Positions 13,992 to 27,893 of a DNA stretch of 64,000 nucleotides are shown here, piece after piece. A program made the position numbers and the translations under genes. The notes beneath the pieces are model-generated. The model was not told where the DNA came from. It did not search any database and was given only the letters and a program-made list of their open reading frames with translations. Every line of letters starts with the position of its first letter. Position 1 is the first letter of the stretch. The stretch comes from Eledone cirrhosa (taxonomy: Eukaryota), in contig OZ024752.1 in NCBI GenBank assembly GCA_964016885.1, forward strand, positions 2,356,001 through 2,420,000, written 5' to 3'.

Positions 13992-14220
13992 GAAATAAAA
14001 TGAAAGTGCTTTTATAAAGGAATTTATTAGGTATTGACATATGTTTCTGTAACAGACGGAATACCTAAGTATCGCTGCTTGCGTAATCATATAATGTTAG
14101 CAAGTTCATCTCTAACGTGTTCATGTATGCTGTTCATCTCTAACGTGACGATATATTATCACTACATTATTGGTAACTTGACATTTTAATAAGCTCCTAT
14201 ATATATATATATATATATAT

Positions 14221-14354
14221 AGGAGTAAGTAAGACCCCGACGGCTGAGCTCAGCCGCCGGGGTCTTACTTACTCCTGTTAACCACTCTACTACCCTAAGT
14301 ATTGAGTACTTTGGTGCGTTATGGTCCACTTGATTCCTTGCCACTTTTCCCTCG

Positions 14355-14356
<2 letters not shown>
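14221..14356 (+). mobile_element. Family B element: 56-bp spacerless palindrome (14221-14276) plus tail, inside (TA)n
   Basis: AGGAGTAAGTAAGACCCCGACGGCTGAG|CTCAGCCGCCGGGGTCTTACTTACTCCT (1 mismatch); homologous to 61021-61227. Confidence 0.8.
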
Positions 14357-14412
<56 letters not shown>

Positions 14413-15718
14413 CCTCCCACCTATATACCACATATCCAAATCGCCTATTTCAATACACACTTGCCATCTTCCTGAGTAAGTCTGGTCTTTGCCATACTTA
14501 CTCTCGTCCATAATTCTATTTTGTCTTCTTCTGTCCCTCAATCTTGTGTTAAAATTGCTTCAGCTATGTGCGATATAATTTTATCGGAATCTTTTCATAG
14601 TTTTACATCTATGTATGTAAGGGCTGTTACTTGTTGTTTAGTGGATTAAGCATAGGTAGCGAAATACGTCTGTTTATCTTGATATTTGTTATATATTTCG
14701 CTATGAATATGCCATTACACTGTTTGAGATTAGATGAGAAATATGTTTGAGAATATCTCCTGTATTTTTACAAGTACATAAATTCGTTTGATTCTTTTAT
14801 TTTTTCCTGGACTTAAGTGGAAGGGCTGGACGCTTGTGCTTTTTACGTGGTCAACACGCCAGGCGGAGAAATTTCAGAAGTCTCTAGGATCAAAGGATTG
14901 TGCTCAGACTAGAGAAATTATCTGAAATCTTGCAAGAGACAAAATTCTACTGAAGTCATCGAGAAACCTTAAAATGCCAGTAAACAGCGCATATAATATA
15001 GTTATCGCGCAAAGATATATAAAGCCTATTAACTTCCCTATTCATTAAACGAATTTCATTCGCAAGGTTTGGGTTGACTCGAGACAATTACGAATGACAA
15101 ATACAAAAGTTTCTGTAGAATAGCTTTGAAACTGGAATCAAGCGATTGACTATGTCGATGTATTTGCATATTAAACAACGAGTTGCTCACTAGTCGTGCG
15201 TTTTGATTCCGATTGCGTATTTGTCATTTTGTTTTTACTGTGTGTCTTATGACGTGCGCATGATAATCAGTATGCGTATGCCTATGGCACATGTATTTAT
15301 GTATGTACGACTACTTAAGTATACGTACACGTGTATATAATCATGTACGATCAGTTGTATGCGTTCGTTTATTAAAGTATGCATTACATTAATTAATGCA
15401 ATTATTATGTATTCCGTTTAAGCTTGTCTGCACACAGGAACATAGTGTCGAGAAGTGAACGTATGTGTGATTCTACGTGTGTATAACATACATGTGTAGA
15501 TGTATGTTTGTACAAGGTGTATGTATATCAATGTGCGAGTGTTTATATCAACGCATTGATGTTTCGCAGCATTTATTGTTTATCCTCATATTTGGAATGT
15601 GTGTATACATGAACTGAATACGATTATATCTCTATGCGCATGGTTTTGTATATATATACATACATACACAGACACCCCACCCCCATATATATATATGTTC
15701 TGTCCCTGTTCATTTTTT

Positions 15719-15756
<38 letters not shown>

Positions 15757-16067
15757 GTGTGTATATGTCTATTTATGTAGAGATAGATTGCGTGTGTGTA
15801 TTTGTCTATGTGGTTATGTATTGGTGGGCGGATGGAAATGTGTGCGTGTTTCTGTGAGCAATAAAATGCCCAACAACGAATAGTTGACCAGCAGAGCGGA
15901 TCAGCTTTGAGTGTGCAGCAGGCATAACGGCGTAACCTGGCTACAGAAAAGAACTGAAGAGAACAGAAGAGAGAATTTCGTGAAGAAAAACTGGAAAGCA
16001 AGTTACTCGATATTAAAACTGATCGTGGTCGTAGGTGTTCTTCTATGGAACTAATATGATACCCGCA

Positions 16068-16212
16068 GCAGCAGCAGTAGTAGCAGGAGGAGGAGTAGGA
16101 TTGGTAGTAGTAGTAGTAGTAGTAGTAATGGTAGTGCTTGTTTTAGTTGTTGTAATAGTAGTATCAATAATAGTAGTAGTACTAGTAGTAATGGTGTTGG
16201 TAGTAGTAGTAA

Positions 16213-16260
<48 letters not shown>

Positions 16261-16367
16261 TAGTAATGGTGGTGGTAGTAATGGTGGTGGTAGCATAGGT
16301 GGTGGTAGTGGTAGCACTAGCAGTGTCATTATTATCAATATTATTATTAGTAGTTGTAGCAGCATTG

Positions 16368-16423
<56 letters not shown>

Positions 16424-16641
16424 TGTAGTAGTAATGGTGTTGTTGTTGTTGTTGTTGTTGTTGCTGGTGGTGGTAACTGGTAATATATTAGTAATTTGGA
16501 AGCCGAGAGAATAAAATGAATTAAACGAAGGAAAGATTAGCCGAAGGTGACGTAGGAAAATAAGCAAAGAAAGAAGATAAATTTGGGAAGAAAATCATGA
16601 TAAAAATAGTATTATTATTATTATTAGTAGTAGTAGTAGTA

Positions 16642-16711
<70 letters not shown>

Positions 16712-16850
16712 CAGTTGTATTAGTAGTAGTATTAACAACAGTAGTAGCAGGAGTTGTAGTGGTTACAGCAGTAGTGGGAACAAGTGGGCGAAAGAAGGAG
16801 GGGGAGGAGAAGGAGAAGAAGAACAATAACAACATCAACAACACAACAAC
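16068..16850. repeat. (TAG)n/(TTG)n/(GGT)n trinucleotide low-complexity block
   Basis: Read directly; produces poly-V/T/L ORF artefacts. Similar tracts at 4250-4317 and 9420-9500. Confidence 0.9.
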
Positions 16851-17559
16851 AAAAATATAGTGAATCATTGGGGAGAAATTACCTAACGCACAGTAAGCTG
16901 AAGACGTAAAATCCGAATTATTTGTGGGCGTCCAACTTTGAAGCCTGCTTATTTGTTTTTAATTTACAAGTTTAATATCATTTTTCTATGTAAATATACT
17001 TGTTTCGTTCTTCTTCCTTTATGTGTAAAGAGTGGTTTATATATTTAATTATTCTTCCATTCTATACATCTGATTTTGTGTGTTTAGACACACATTCAGA
17101 TACATACAAAATAAATTACAGATACACACGATCACATACACTCAAACACCCACACGCACACAGGCACATACACGCACATGTTTCTATACATGCATACATA
17201 CTTACATAAATATGTACTTATTTGAAATCTTCAAAGATTGCATACGGTGGTGTAACTTAGAGACCTTCGATGTGAAATCAGATCCGTAACTAAATGCTTT
17301 ACAGATAAAAGAACGGACATGAGATAAAACGGTTCCATAACCAGTTTAGGCGAGGCATAAAGGTATTGGTATTAGAATATGCCAGATATATCATGTGCTG
17401 CTCGCTTATTTTTTACTATACTTTTACGAATCTTATATTTATTTAGTTTCATTTTCAAGTTTCGATGTTATTTTCTTATACTTTGTAACTTGCATTTCGT
17501 ATTCCTGAAAGATTTTACACTTACACACACAAAACTTAAATTCAGGAAGAATACATGAA

Positions 17560-17622
<63 letters not shown>

Positions 17623-17642
17623 ATTTGTACATATGTATATAG

Positions 17643-17677
<35 letters not shown>

Positions 17678-19650
17678 AGTGTGTGTGTGTGTGTGTGTAT
17701 TTGTATATATGTATATAGGTGTGTTTGTGTGTGCGTGTGTATTTGTATAGATGTATATAGGTGTGTTTGTGCATGTGGATTTGTATATGTATATAAAAAT
17801 ATATTTTCTTTTAAGCGTATCAGATCTTTAAATATCTTTTGAACTCTTTTCACACCATCAATTAATCTACAAAATATATCATTCACATTTATTTCCTGAT
17901 TGTATATTAATATATGCACAAATAAGATAAACACACATAGACACGCACGCACACACAATCATACACATGCAACAAACAAATACTCAGTGTAAGTGTGTGA
18001 GAGAGATAGGAAACACGTATTTTATAATGTGTACACATTTACACCCTCATCGTTATATACATAAATATACATTCAAGCTTTTTTTTCTTCTAATCTTGTT
18101 GAAGAAGATATGAATATTATGCCTATAGCTTGTAGTGCTCCTCATGTATTCATTCTCATCCTTCTTTTAATAATGTTTTTAAACATATATGGGATTAGTT
18201 AAAATGGCCGCGCAATGAAAAATCTACCCTCGGTTTAAATTACGTCCTTTTTATATAGTGATTAATTCCTGACATATTTAACATGGTATTTAAGCACTAC
18301 TTGATCGATAAAATCAAGCCTCACTCATAGTAAATATTTTGAATTCAGTAGAATTTCCCCTCCCGAAAAACAGAGCGCTATATGCATGTATTGTATGGTC
18401 ATGCACAGAGCATGTGTAAGTGGGGTATTAACTGAATTACCTCTGAATGCATAAAATCTGTGGTTTTAGAATTCTAGAAATAACTTCACTGATGGTCCTT
18501 GCATGGAACTAATTACAGAAAAGGCAATTTTAACGACAATGAATAAAACCTTAGTAAACATTGGTCCACTGAAAACAGTAATTCTTCTCACCCTCTAGCG
18601 AACTCTCGACACGTTCCATCGTATATACACATAGCCGTCATGATGAACTAGAAAAAACTACCATGACCACTAATTGGTATGAGTGACTACTTTTTATTAT
18701 ATAATATGTTTCATCTTATATTTTCCTTTATTAAGATTTCGTAAATATTTTTATGATATATGATTATCGTGTTTAGTCTAATCTTAATCCTATCTATTAT
18801 ATTTTCGTCATATGTTACGATTACATGTTGACCATCTAATAATACATCATATTTTTCAATTTTATATGAATTGTTGCTCGAATTGTACCTTAATTCATCT
18901 CGTTTTCCCATAAAAAAGTGGTTTAAATTATAACACATGGTTTATAGTTATTTTTACAGATGCTATTTTTGTTAATCATTTTACCATCTTATTTGTTCTT
19001 ATTCCCATTTAACACTAAGCAAAAATAATGTAAATCCTAATATTTTAAACATCACTCAAATATATTTTCGCTTCAGTTACTCTGATTTAATATGATAATC
19101 ATGTAAATAAATAATTGTTAAAACGTTGGTTGTAGAGTTATCTTTATTTTATGCTCTTCTGCTCAGAATTTTTATTATTTCTTTATGTTTATATCACAAC
19201 TTCAACATTGAATAACAAGCGCCTTATTAATTTTTATTAAAATAAATCAATTTAAATTCAATTACTCAATTTTCAGTTTCTCTCTATTGATGACTCTATG
19301 TTATACTTAAAAAGAAGACGGTAATCATGTAAATTCGGATCACATAATGGTAGTTTGCTTATGCTCACTTTTTTCTAACATATTTTACTGTCCAATATTA
19401 TTAACTTGGGAAAATGAGCGCTAATTTAATTTGTCGATGATGGTTGTTTAAACGTTATTCATTAACTGTAAATTCTTCGGAATTTTTTTCCCGAACTAAT
19501 GGTCCAACATTTATTTGTTGAACAAAGATGATATTTGAAGCGATAATAATTGTATTAGATATTTTCATTTCTTTAACTACGGATTCATTTAATTTAAAGT
19601 TTACTGTATCAATAATTTTAGTGAGATGATGAGAATTCCGATAATAATAA

Positions 19651-19840
19651 TAATTGTTTCTACTTTTGCCACAAGGCCAGCAATGACCCGGTGTATTACT
19701 GGTAGTTTATTTTATCGACCCCGTAAGGATGAAAGGCAAAGTTAACCTCGGCGGGATTTGAACTCAGAATGGCAAGGGCCGTAACTTTATGGGTCAAGGC
19801 ATGGCGTCCGACTCTCTACCGATACTGCCAATCCACCGCC
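19651..19840 (-). mobile_element. tRNA-derived SINE, full length
   Basis: A box, B box (GAGTTCAAATCC), core and tail all present; (ATA)n on both flanks. Confidence 0.9.
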
Positions 19841-19841
19841 G

Positions 19842-19892
<51 letters not shown>

Positions 19893-19896
<4 letters not shown>

Positions 19897-20870
19897 TAAT
19901 GGGTTTTCTATATTGGCCACAAGGACCGACATATAGAGGACAATATATTAGACGGGGACAGTGGGGCGTTTACACAAAAATAGGGTAAACAATAGGAAAA
20001 CAATAAAAAGAAACAAGAAAAATACAACAATGAAAATTCCTCAGTACAGAGGATAACGACGCACGGTTGATACAGGTACCTCACCAATCCTGAATCAGCC
20101 GACGCTTCCAGGGCACCCGAAAACGGCACCCCTCGCTTCCTCGAATACACCAGCCGACATGCGCATGATCAGAGTAGCCTCACTCACGCAGGCCATTCTC
20201 ACCTCACATTCACTAGCATTTCAGCACATTACTTGGGTGGGGGCTGCACTTCTCTCTCCGCCATCAACTTCCTTTCAAAGTGAAATTTGAAAAGGTTGAT
20301 GAGAGATTGGTGGAAGAGAAAAGTGTCTGTCTTCAATCCTTTCAACCTAGCCCACCATAAAACCTCTTTCGCTACTGCCACCAGACAGAGGAAAATAGCC
20401 TGGCCAGAAGAAGGTGGTGCGTCTATCTTCACGATGGACTCGGCCGATAGCCGGATCTGTTCTTTACCTGACAACAGCTGTTCGACATAATCCACAAGTC
20501 AGTGATGCACGGACATTATAAGAGCGCGTGCATAACGGTTTCGTCGCTCTGCGCGCATCTCGGGCAGCTACGTCTTCCCTGCTGTAGAGTTTATCTCAAA
20601 CTGGCAGTGGCCCTGGGTAGCACTGCCAAGCAATAGATTTTTGGAAGTTATCCGTCGTCCCCGGCTCGAAAGTCCTACGGATCAGACTGCTTACTTCGAC
20701 TTCGTCGATGCCCAGAGACTCTCCGGCTGAGTCGTCGCACTTGTCCACCATTAATCCCCAATTCAAGCTACAAAGAAGATCAATATGTCGGCAAAACATT
20801 GAGGTCAATGGAGACTGCACACTCAGTGAGAACAAACCCAACCACATATTCATTGATCTCCTTAGAAATG
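19893..20870 (-). mobile_element. L1/Tx1-clade LINE 3' end (ORF2 C-terminus, 3' UTR, (ATT)n tail)
   Basis: ORFs 20596-20853 (LIRRTFEPGTTDNFQKSIAWQCY) and 20229-20495; decayed CPRC..H zinc knuckle; homologous to 40931-41260. Confidence 0.8.
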
Positions 20871-21437
20871 TACCTGTGGAAAATCAAAATCTTAGCCTTC
20901 ACTGGCTGCGAGGTTCTGCGCTGAAATCTGGCTTCACAAGACCAGTGTCTTTCAACGCACAACTTTTAACCCAATTTAAACATAAAATGGAAGAGTCCCA
21001 AATATATTTGTCGCTCTACATATCTTCAATAATTTGACTATTGTTATTAGTTTTAAAAGTATACATACACAAGATAACACCATACCATAGATGATGTTCA
21101 TAACATATCAGTTAAAATATTGCAAATTGCATGTAAATCCAAAAGCTACCGCAAGTCAGAAGCTGTATTTTGAGACAGTATATCCGAATGTAGTACTTCT
21201 GTGCATCTGTACATTAACAGGCATATGATTAAAATGACATGAGATCTTTAGTGTGCATACAATCAGTATTTTGACAGATAGCCAGATCTATATATGAAGT
21301 TTGGTGTATAGCTACACTCGCCCACACTAACACACAATCACACAGATACCTCCCATATATACATAAATATATGGTGGGGGCTCAGTGTGTTTATGCATGA
21401 ATGAGAGTGTGTGTGAGTATGCATACGCCCCTCCCCT

Positions 21438-21504
<67 letters not shown>

Positions 21505-22429
21505 GTATATATATATGGAAAAGAATGAAACAGTTCTAGTCATGTAGAATACATTTCTATATTACATATCTGTACTCTGCTATGTATTGAGTACCTTACT
21601 TACTGTGGTTACCCCCGACTGAACCCGGGATAAACATATATATATATATGTGTGTATGAGTGTCTGTGTGTGAGCTACCCATACACGAAGCTTCATATAT
21701 AAATATAGCTATCCGTCAAAATAATTATAATGTTTTACTCAATAGAATAAAGGCCGAGATATGTAGTGAAAGAGAAACATACCGTATGTACGTGCACATA
21801 TATTTAGAACCATTGCTAAGTGTATACACGTGTTCGTGACTTGCCTGTCAGGTGGGTGGTAAGACATTTGTTGATATATAAATATGAACATTTCGGCGAT
21901 TCATGTATGGAAACGTTTAATAGAGAATCATTAATGCATATTAGTCCGGAAAATATTCGTGAGAGAGTGGAGGAGATAGAAATAGGGAAGGGGAAATAAA
22001 CTTTCAAATAGCGTCGTTTCATGATAGGCGTTGATGTGTTATGTATAATGGTGACTTGTCCAAATAACTTCAGTTACAGCGATAAATGTGCGTACATATA
22101 ACAGAAACATTTCAGTAAATAAACATTATCATATAGTGAATAATATAATGGCAGTTTTGATAGAACCTCGTGTAAACAGATTTTCGTGTAAAGCGGTATT
22201 CGGTCTTGATTATGATATAAAAAGACGTGTAACGGAACAAATATGTGAAGTAAGCGTCTGCAACACGGCACCTCTCGTAGAAATAGCAGCCACATTAATA
22301 TAAAACTCTCACAAATACATTTAAAAATTGAAGTTCTTGTTAGCTGACGTATACCAAATATATGATCCCGATCGGATTTGTCTATTCTATCATTGGTTTT
22401 CGATTGTCAAACAACAACTCAATCATTCA

Positions 22430-25400
22430 CGGACACTCTACCTAATTGTTGCGACTACTCTAAAGTGAGGGAAGTAGTAGTACCTGTTAGGGTCCCATTT
22501 ATGGGTTAAATAACTACCTTATTCGAGTGGCGCCGGTAAGGTATTGTCAGCCATTGAAAAGAAATATGGAAAGTCTATCTAACAGCAGTAGGGTTAGAGC
22601 CCCTAATTACACTGTCAAGGAGCTTGTCTGGTCGTTATGAATATGCTGGCTTAGAGCCACAGGGAGGGCCAGTGGATGATGGATCAGCTGTCTCTGAGAC
22701 AAATATAAAGAATACAATTCTGTCCTGCAGAAGAACCATCGAAATGGACACTTTGAATGTGAGGACTATTCGGACGTTGGAGAACAGAGAGGAGTTGGGG
22801 CATATCTTCAAGGAGAGTGGTATACAGATACTTGCGATCCAAGAATACAGTATCCCACAGGATGAGCCCGTGAGGAGTGTGATGATTGGGAAGATGAGCC
22901 AGCTGATCACCATATCGGCAGTGAGGAGCATGACCAATGCTGCAGTAGGAGGAGTGGGTTTTGTTTTCAGCACAAAAACGAGTCTATTGGTGACGGAAAT
23001 AATGCCTGTCTCCCCGCGAGTGTTGAGGGTGACCTTCAATGGAAACCCAAGACTGACAGTCATCTCAGCCTATAGTCCAACCGAGGGAGACAGTGATGTG
23101 AGTGTGGAAGTGTTCCATGAGGTGGTGTGTAGAGCTGTCAACACCATAGAAGCACACAACATCCTGCTTGTTTTGAGGGACTTCAATGCACATTTGAGTA
23201 ATGAGGGCAGTGAAGATACTTGCTGGTACTTCCATAACATCACCAACCGAAATAGAAGGCTACTGAGAGACACCCTGCTGGAGGCGAACTTGATAGCGAC
23301 CTACCTAAGGTCTAGGAAGAATCCGGGGAAGATCTGGACCTACATCTCAGATATGCACCTGTCCAAGTCTCAGATTGGTTTCATTCTGGTGAGTAAATAG
23401 TGGCGGAATAGTGTTCTGAACACAGAACCATACAACTATTTAAGTACACTGGGTAGTGACCACTGGCTTGTTATGAGTGAGGTCCGGGTGAGCTTAAAAA
23501 AGTGCAAGGTTTAGCCCCGGAGAGTAATCTATGATTGGGGAGCTTTCAAGGAAAATGATAAGCTACAGGAGAGGTTCACAGTGGTAGTTAGGACAGATTC
23601 AGTGCTCTGTGTGGAGAAAGAGAGGAGAGAGAGATTGAATGGACTGAGGAGAGTTGACGAGGAGACACGGCCACTTCACCAATGCAGTGGCGGAAGCAAG
23701 TGAGACATTGGTGGAGAAAGAACAAAAGGAAGCACGTCAGCTCTGCAGACCCAAAAGTGTGAGCAGCCAGAGACCACATGAAAGCTGCCAAGGACCAATT
23801 CTATGCTGATCCTACGGAGGAAAGGATGGAGAATGTGGCGGTGATGAGGGAAGAAATCTGTACCGCTATACTGAGGCTACAGACTAGGTACTGATAGAGA
23901 AGATCAGAAGTGTGGAGAGAGCGGTTGACAGGTCTGGATGTAAGGAGAGCTGGATGATTATCAACGTGATCACAGGCAGGAAGAGAATGTGTATCAGACA
24001 AATCCAGGGAACATGGCACGAGGATAGGAAGAGAAAATGGCTAGACCATTTTAGGACCCTACTAGGAGAGCCGCCCTCCACAGCCCAGAGCACTGGGGAG
24101 AAGAGGTGGCTGTTTGAAGAACTGGATATTAAGACAGAGCCCTTCCCAGAGAGGAGGTTCAGAGAGCCAAGAAGAAGATCAAGGATGGCAAAGCTCATGG
24201 AGAAGATGGGGTGGCATCAAAGGTGATGAAGAGGTGTGATTTTGATGATATCACCCTGGGGTTCTGTAACCAGGCACTGGAGAAAGGAGTTTGCCCGACA
24301 CAGTGGAGGATCAGTAACATCGTCCCAGTGCCAAAGAAGAGAGATGTCTCTAACACCAACAACTACAGGGGTATCTCACTGACGTAACTTGTAGCAAAGA
24401 CCCTCGACAGGATGATTCTTAACAGGATCCAGCCTGAGATGGAGAAGAAGCTCATGGATAACCAGAACGGCTTCAGAGAGGGAAGATCAACCACCAGTCA
24501 CATCCTGATGCTAAGGATGATAATAGAGGGAGCTAGAGCTAAGTGCTTTCCTGCGGTCATGGTTTTCATTGACTTTAGGAAGGCCTTTGATTCTGTGGAC
24601 CGGCACTGCTTGATGAAGATCTTACAGGCTTCTGGAATCCTCAAGAAGATAGTGGACCTGATATCACTGCTCTACACCAACACCAAAGCGCAAGTCATTA
24701 CAGCTGATCGCATGACAGAGTTTGTTAAGATACTGGCTGGAGTGCTCCAGCGAGATACATTGGCTCCCTACCTTTTTATCATCGTAGTGGACTATTGTAT
24801 GCGCCTTGCACTGGAGAAACACCAGGACTCTGGCTTTACTGTAGCACCGGCTCAGCGCAGGAGAGTTAAGGAGAACAAGATATCGGATGCTGAACTTGCC
24901 GACGACATAGTTTTGGTGACAAATACATTGAAGGAGGCAGAGGATTTGATGCAGGAGGTTGAGACTGTGTCAATGAGTGTGGGGCTGAGAATGAATGAGA
25001 CTAAAACAAAATATCTGGTAGAGAATGTTGAGAAACCAGAGGGGATTATTTATGTAGGCGGGAAGCCGCTAGAATTGGTTGAGGACTTCCTGTATTTGGG
25101 AGCAAAGATTGGGAATACGGAAGATGATGTGGTTGAGAGGAAGAGCAAAGCCTGGGCGGTGTGCCACAGCATGAGATCGGTGTGGAAGTCGGACCTTCGT
25201 AAATATCTGAAAATCCGCCCCTTCATTGCTGTAGTGGAGTCTGTGCTGCTGTACGGGTCTGAGACTTGGACACTGACCAAGAAACTCACTCAGATGGGGG
25301 ATGGGTGCTACACGAGAATGCTGAGGATGGCTCTGAACATCAATCCGTATACACTGAGGATGAAAAACTCAGAGCTGCATGGGAGCATCCCAACAGTCAG

Positions 25401-25652
25401 TTCAAAAGTAACAGAGTGGTGACTGAGGTTAGCTGTACATGCTCACCGACATCCAGAGTCGACATTGCACTCAGTGCTCTTGTGGGATCCACTACATGGA
25501 CACACTGGAAGAGAAGACGAAGGTTAACGTATGTTGATGCCCTAAGGACAGACACTGATCTGTTGGAGAGGCAGGACATGGCAGCGATTATGAGGGACAG
25601 AGACCGCTGGAGAGAACTCGTCCATGGATCTCGGGAATTTTACTCGCCCTAG
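22430..25652 (+). mobile_element. Near full-length RTE-clade LINE (APE endonuclease + RT), disrupted by stops and frameshifts
   Basis: ORF 22624-23400: TLNVRT, LAIQE, SAYSPT, DFNAH. ORF 24412-25422: NQNGFREGRST, FIDFRKAFDSV, LQRDTLAPYLF, LADD, FLYLG, LLYGSETW. 5' limit approximate. Confidence 0.92.
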
Positions 25653-25661
25653 ATATATATA

Positions 25662-26521
25662 TCTGTATATATATAAAAGTAAGTACGTGTGTGTGTGTCT
25701 GTGTGTCTGTGTATTACCTATAGGAGCCTACATCTTACGACCAATTTTCATGAAACTTTACAGGCTTATATATTAATCATTGGGAAGTGTTTTCTATATA
25801 TCAGCGTATCGTTTTGTTTTTTATTCCGGGGTCATTCTGCAGATAAACATTAATAGGGTGGTCACCTTTTTTTAGGTATCGAAAAATAAGATTTTTGGTT
25901 CTAGCTCACACATATTGCCACCGATTTCGTTCAAATTTTAAAGCAAAATAGAATTTATAATTGCACATCTTGTAATGGATTCATATTTTGATTTGTTGTT
26001 CAGGCACGGAGTAGCCGCCGCTTAAATATTCGCTCCCACACTGATCAACCTACTTTCTTCAAATTTTACACTACACTAGAACTGATTATTTCACGTCTTC
26101 AAGTGCCTGTACCTTTTGGATTTTTTTGTTCAGGAACGGCGTGGCAGTCGCTTACATTTTCGAAAATACCAACTTTTCGCTCAAATTTTCGCCTTTTCGG
26201 CTCTAGCTCCTACATTTTTCAACCGATTTCGTTCAAATTCGAAACTTCGGCTCCACCTCACACATAAATACATTTATTTGTTTCAACTTTTATAGTACCA
26301 TAGAACCTATCATTGCACATCCTATAGTAGCTTTACACTTTGCGGCGGGCGATTGTTTCCACCTCCCATATATTCCATACGATTTCACTCCACATTTTGC
26401 CATTTGCTACACCTTACGACCGATTGTCAAGAAACTCGCAGTCACTAATATCAACACCTTTTCATCAAAGCAGATATTATTTTAGCAGCAGTACCCAGGC
26501 AACGCTGGGTACTGCTGCTAG
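25662..26521 (+). mobile_element. Non-autonomous Helitron-type element
   Basis: 5' A|TC start, GT/GTCT microsatellite, internal CCGATTTCGTTCAAATT subrepeats, 3' hairpin GCAGCAGTACCCAG-GCAACG-CTGGGTACTGCTGC ending in CTAG. Confidence 0.75.
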
Positions 26522-26578
26522 GATATATATTATTCAGAATATAAATAAATGAAGACATTCACATAAACACAATATATG

Positions 26579-26640
26579 TTTTATTATATATATTTCGATG
26601 GTACTCTGCTATTTTTTCAGTACGTCCTCGTCAGATAAAA
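26579..26640 (-). ncRNA. Type I minimal hammerhead ribozyme
   Basis: TTTTAT-CTGACGA-GGACGTACT..AGTACCATC-GAAA-TATATATA-ATAAAA. Confidence 0.75.
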
Positions 26641-27085
26641 TACATGAATTGATGTATGACGGTCTTGATGTTTCAATTCCAGTATTGGCAGTGATTTATT
26701 ACAACAAATCTCAACATTTATATACCACAAATAATAACATGATATACTTAGTTTTAATGCAGAAGAGGATATGGAGCGAGAAATGGGTATAAGAAAATAA
26801 ATAAATACATACATACATAAATATTTAAATTTGTAAATATACTTATTAGGGAAGAAAATGGGAGAGAGAGATATATAAGAGAGAAGAAGAAAGAAAGAAA
26901 TAACGGCAAAAAAAAGAAGAAAGGGAAATGATGTGTGACCGTTGCTTGCAAATATTAAGTCAAATAGAAGTGACCAATTACATAGCATGAATTTGTTTGT
27001 TCTGTCCAATTGGCCTGCTAATGTATATTTAACATGATTTATACAGTTTAATAATATACGAAAAATACTTAAAGGGAAACTATAT

Positions 27086-27186
27086 ATAATTGTTCTACTT
27101 ATGGCACAAGGCCAGCAAATACCCAGTGCATTACTGGTACTTTATTTTATCGACCCCGTAAGGATGAAAGGCAAAGTTAACCTCGG
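27086..27186 (-). mobile_element. tRNA-derived SINE, 5'-truncated
   Basis: Core and tail match the other copies. Confidence 0.85.
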
Positions 27187-27893
27187 ATATATAATAAGAT
27201 GTAATTACGGAAGGGAAATCGAAATAATAATATTTTTAAGAGTAAATAATACTACTAATTAATCCTGTAATGAAATAACAACCCATGAATTTAAATGATG
27301 TTATAATGAAAATAGAATAATTCAGATAATAATTCCTAACATAATATAAAATATATATACTGATGGCGATATATGCATGGCTTTTAGTAAATATCCTTAT
27401 ACATACTTAATAGGTATTTAAACTTGCTTTAAAGATAAAAATGTTTTTGAATATTGTAACAAAATATTTAGTAAATATATTACTTAATTAAACTATGGTT
27501 CTGATTGCTATAGAAATATGTTTATATTGTTTAATTTTGATATAATATATTAGTATAATTAGCTTAAACATAACCAAATACAAACGATATTAAAACATTT
27601 CATGGTATTTAATTGGTTGCTTCTATTTGACTTAATATTTGAAAGCAACGGTCACACATTATTTCCCTTTCTTTCTTTTTTGCCGGTATTTCTTTATTTT
27701 CTTCTTGCATTTCCTCATACTCACCTCATCCTTATACCTATTTCTCGCTCCACATCCTCTTCTTCATTAAATTTAAGTTTATCATGTTATTACTTGTGGT
27801 GTATAAATATTGAGATTTGTTGTAATAAATCACTGCCAATATTGGAATTGAACCACCAAGACAGTTGAAGTATTTCATACATCAACTCATGTA

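Noticed and set aside
22480-22610. Pistol-ribozyme-like words (TTAGGG, TTAAATA, CCCTAA)
   Set aside because: Spacing and stems do not fit the pistol architecture
25900-26320. Regularly recurring subrepeats resembling a CRISPR-like array
   Set aside because: Eukaryotic context, degenerate units without unique spacers; internal repeats of the Helitron-type element
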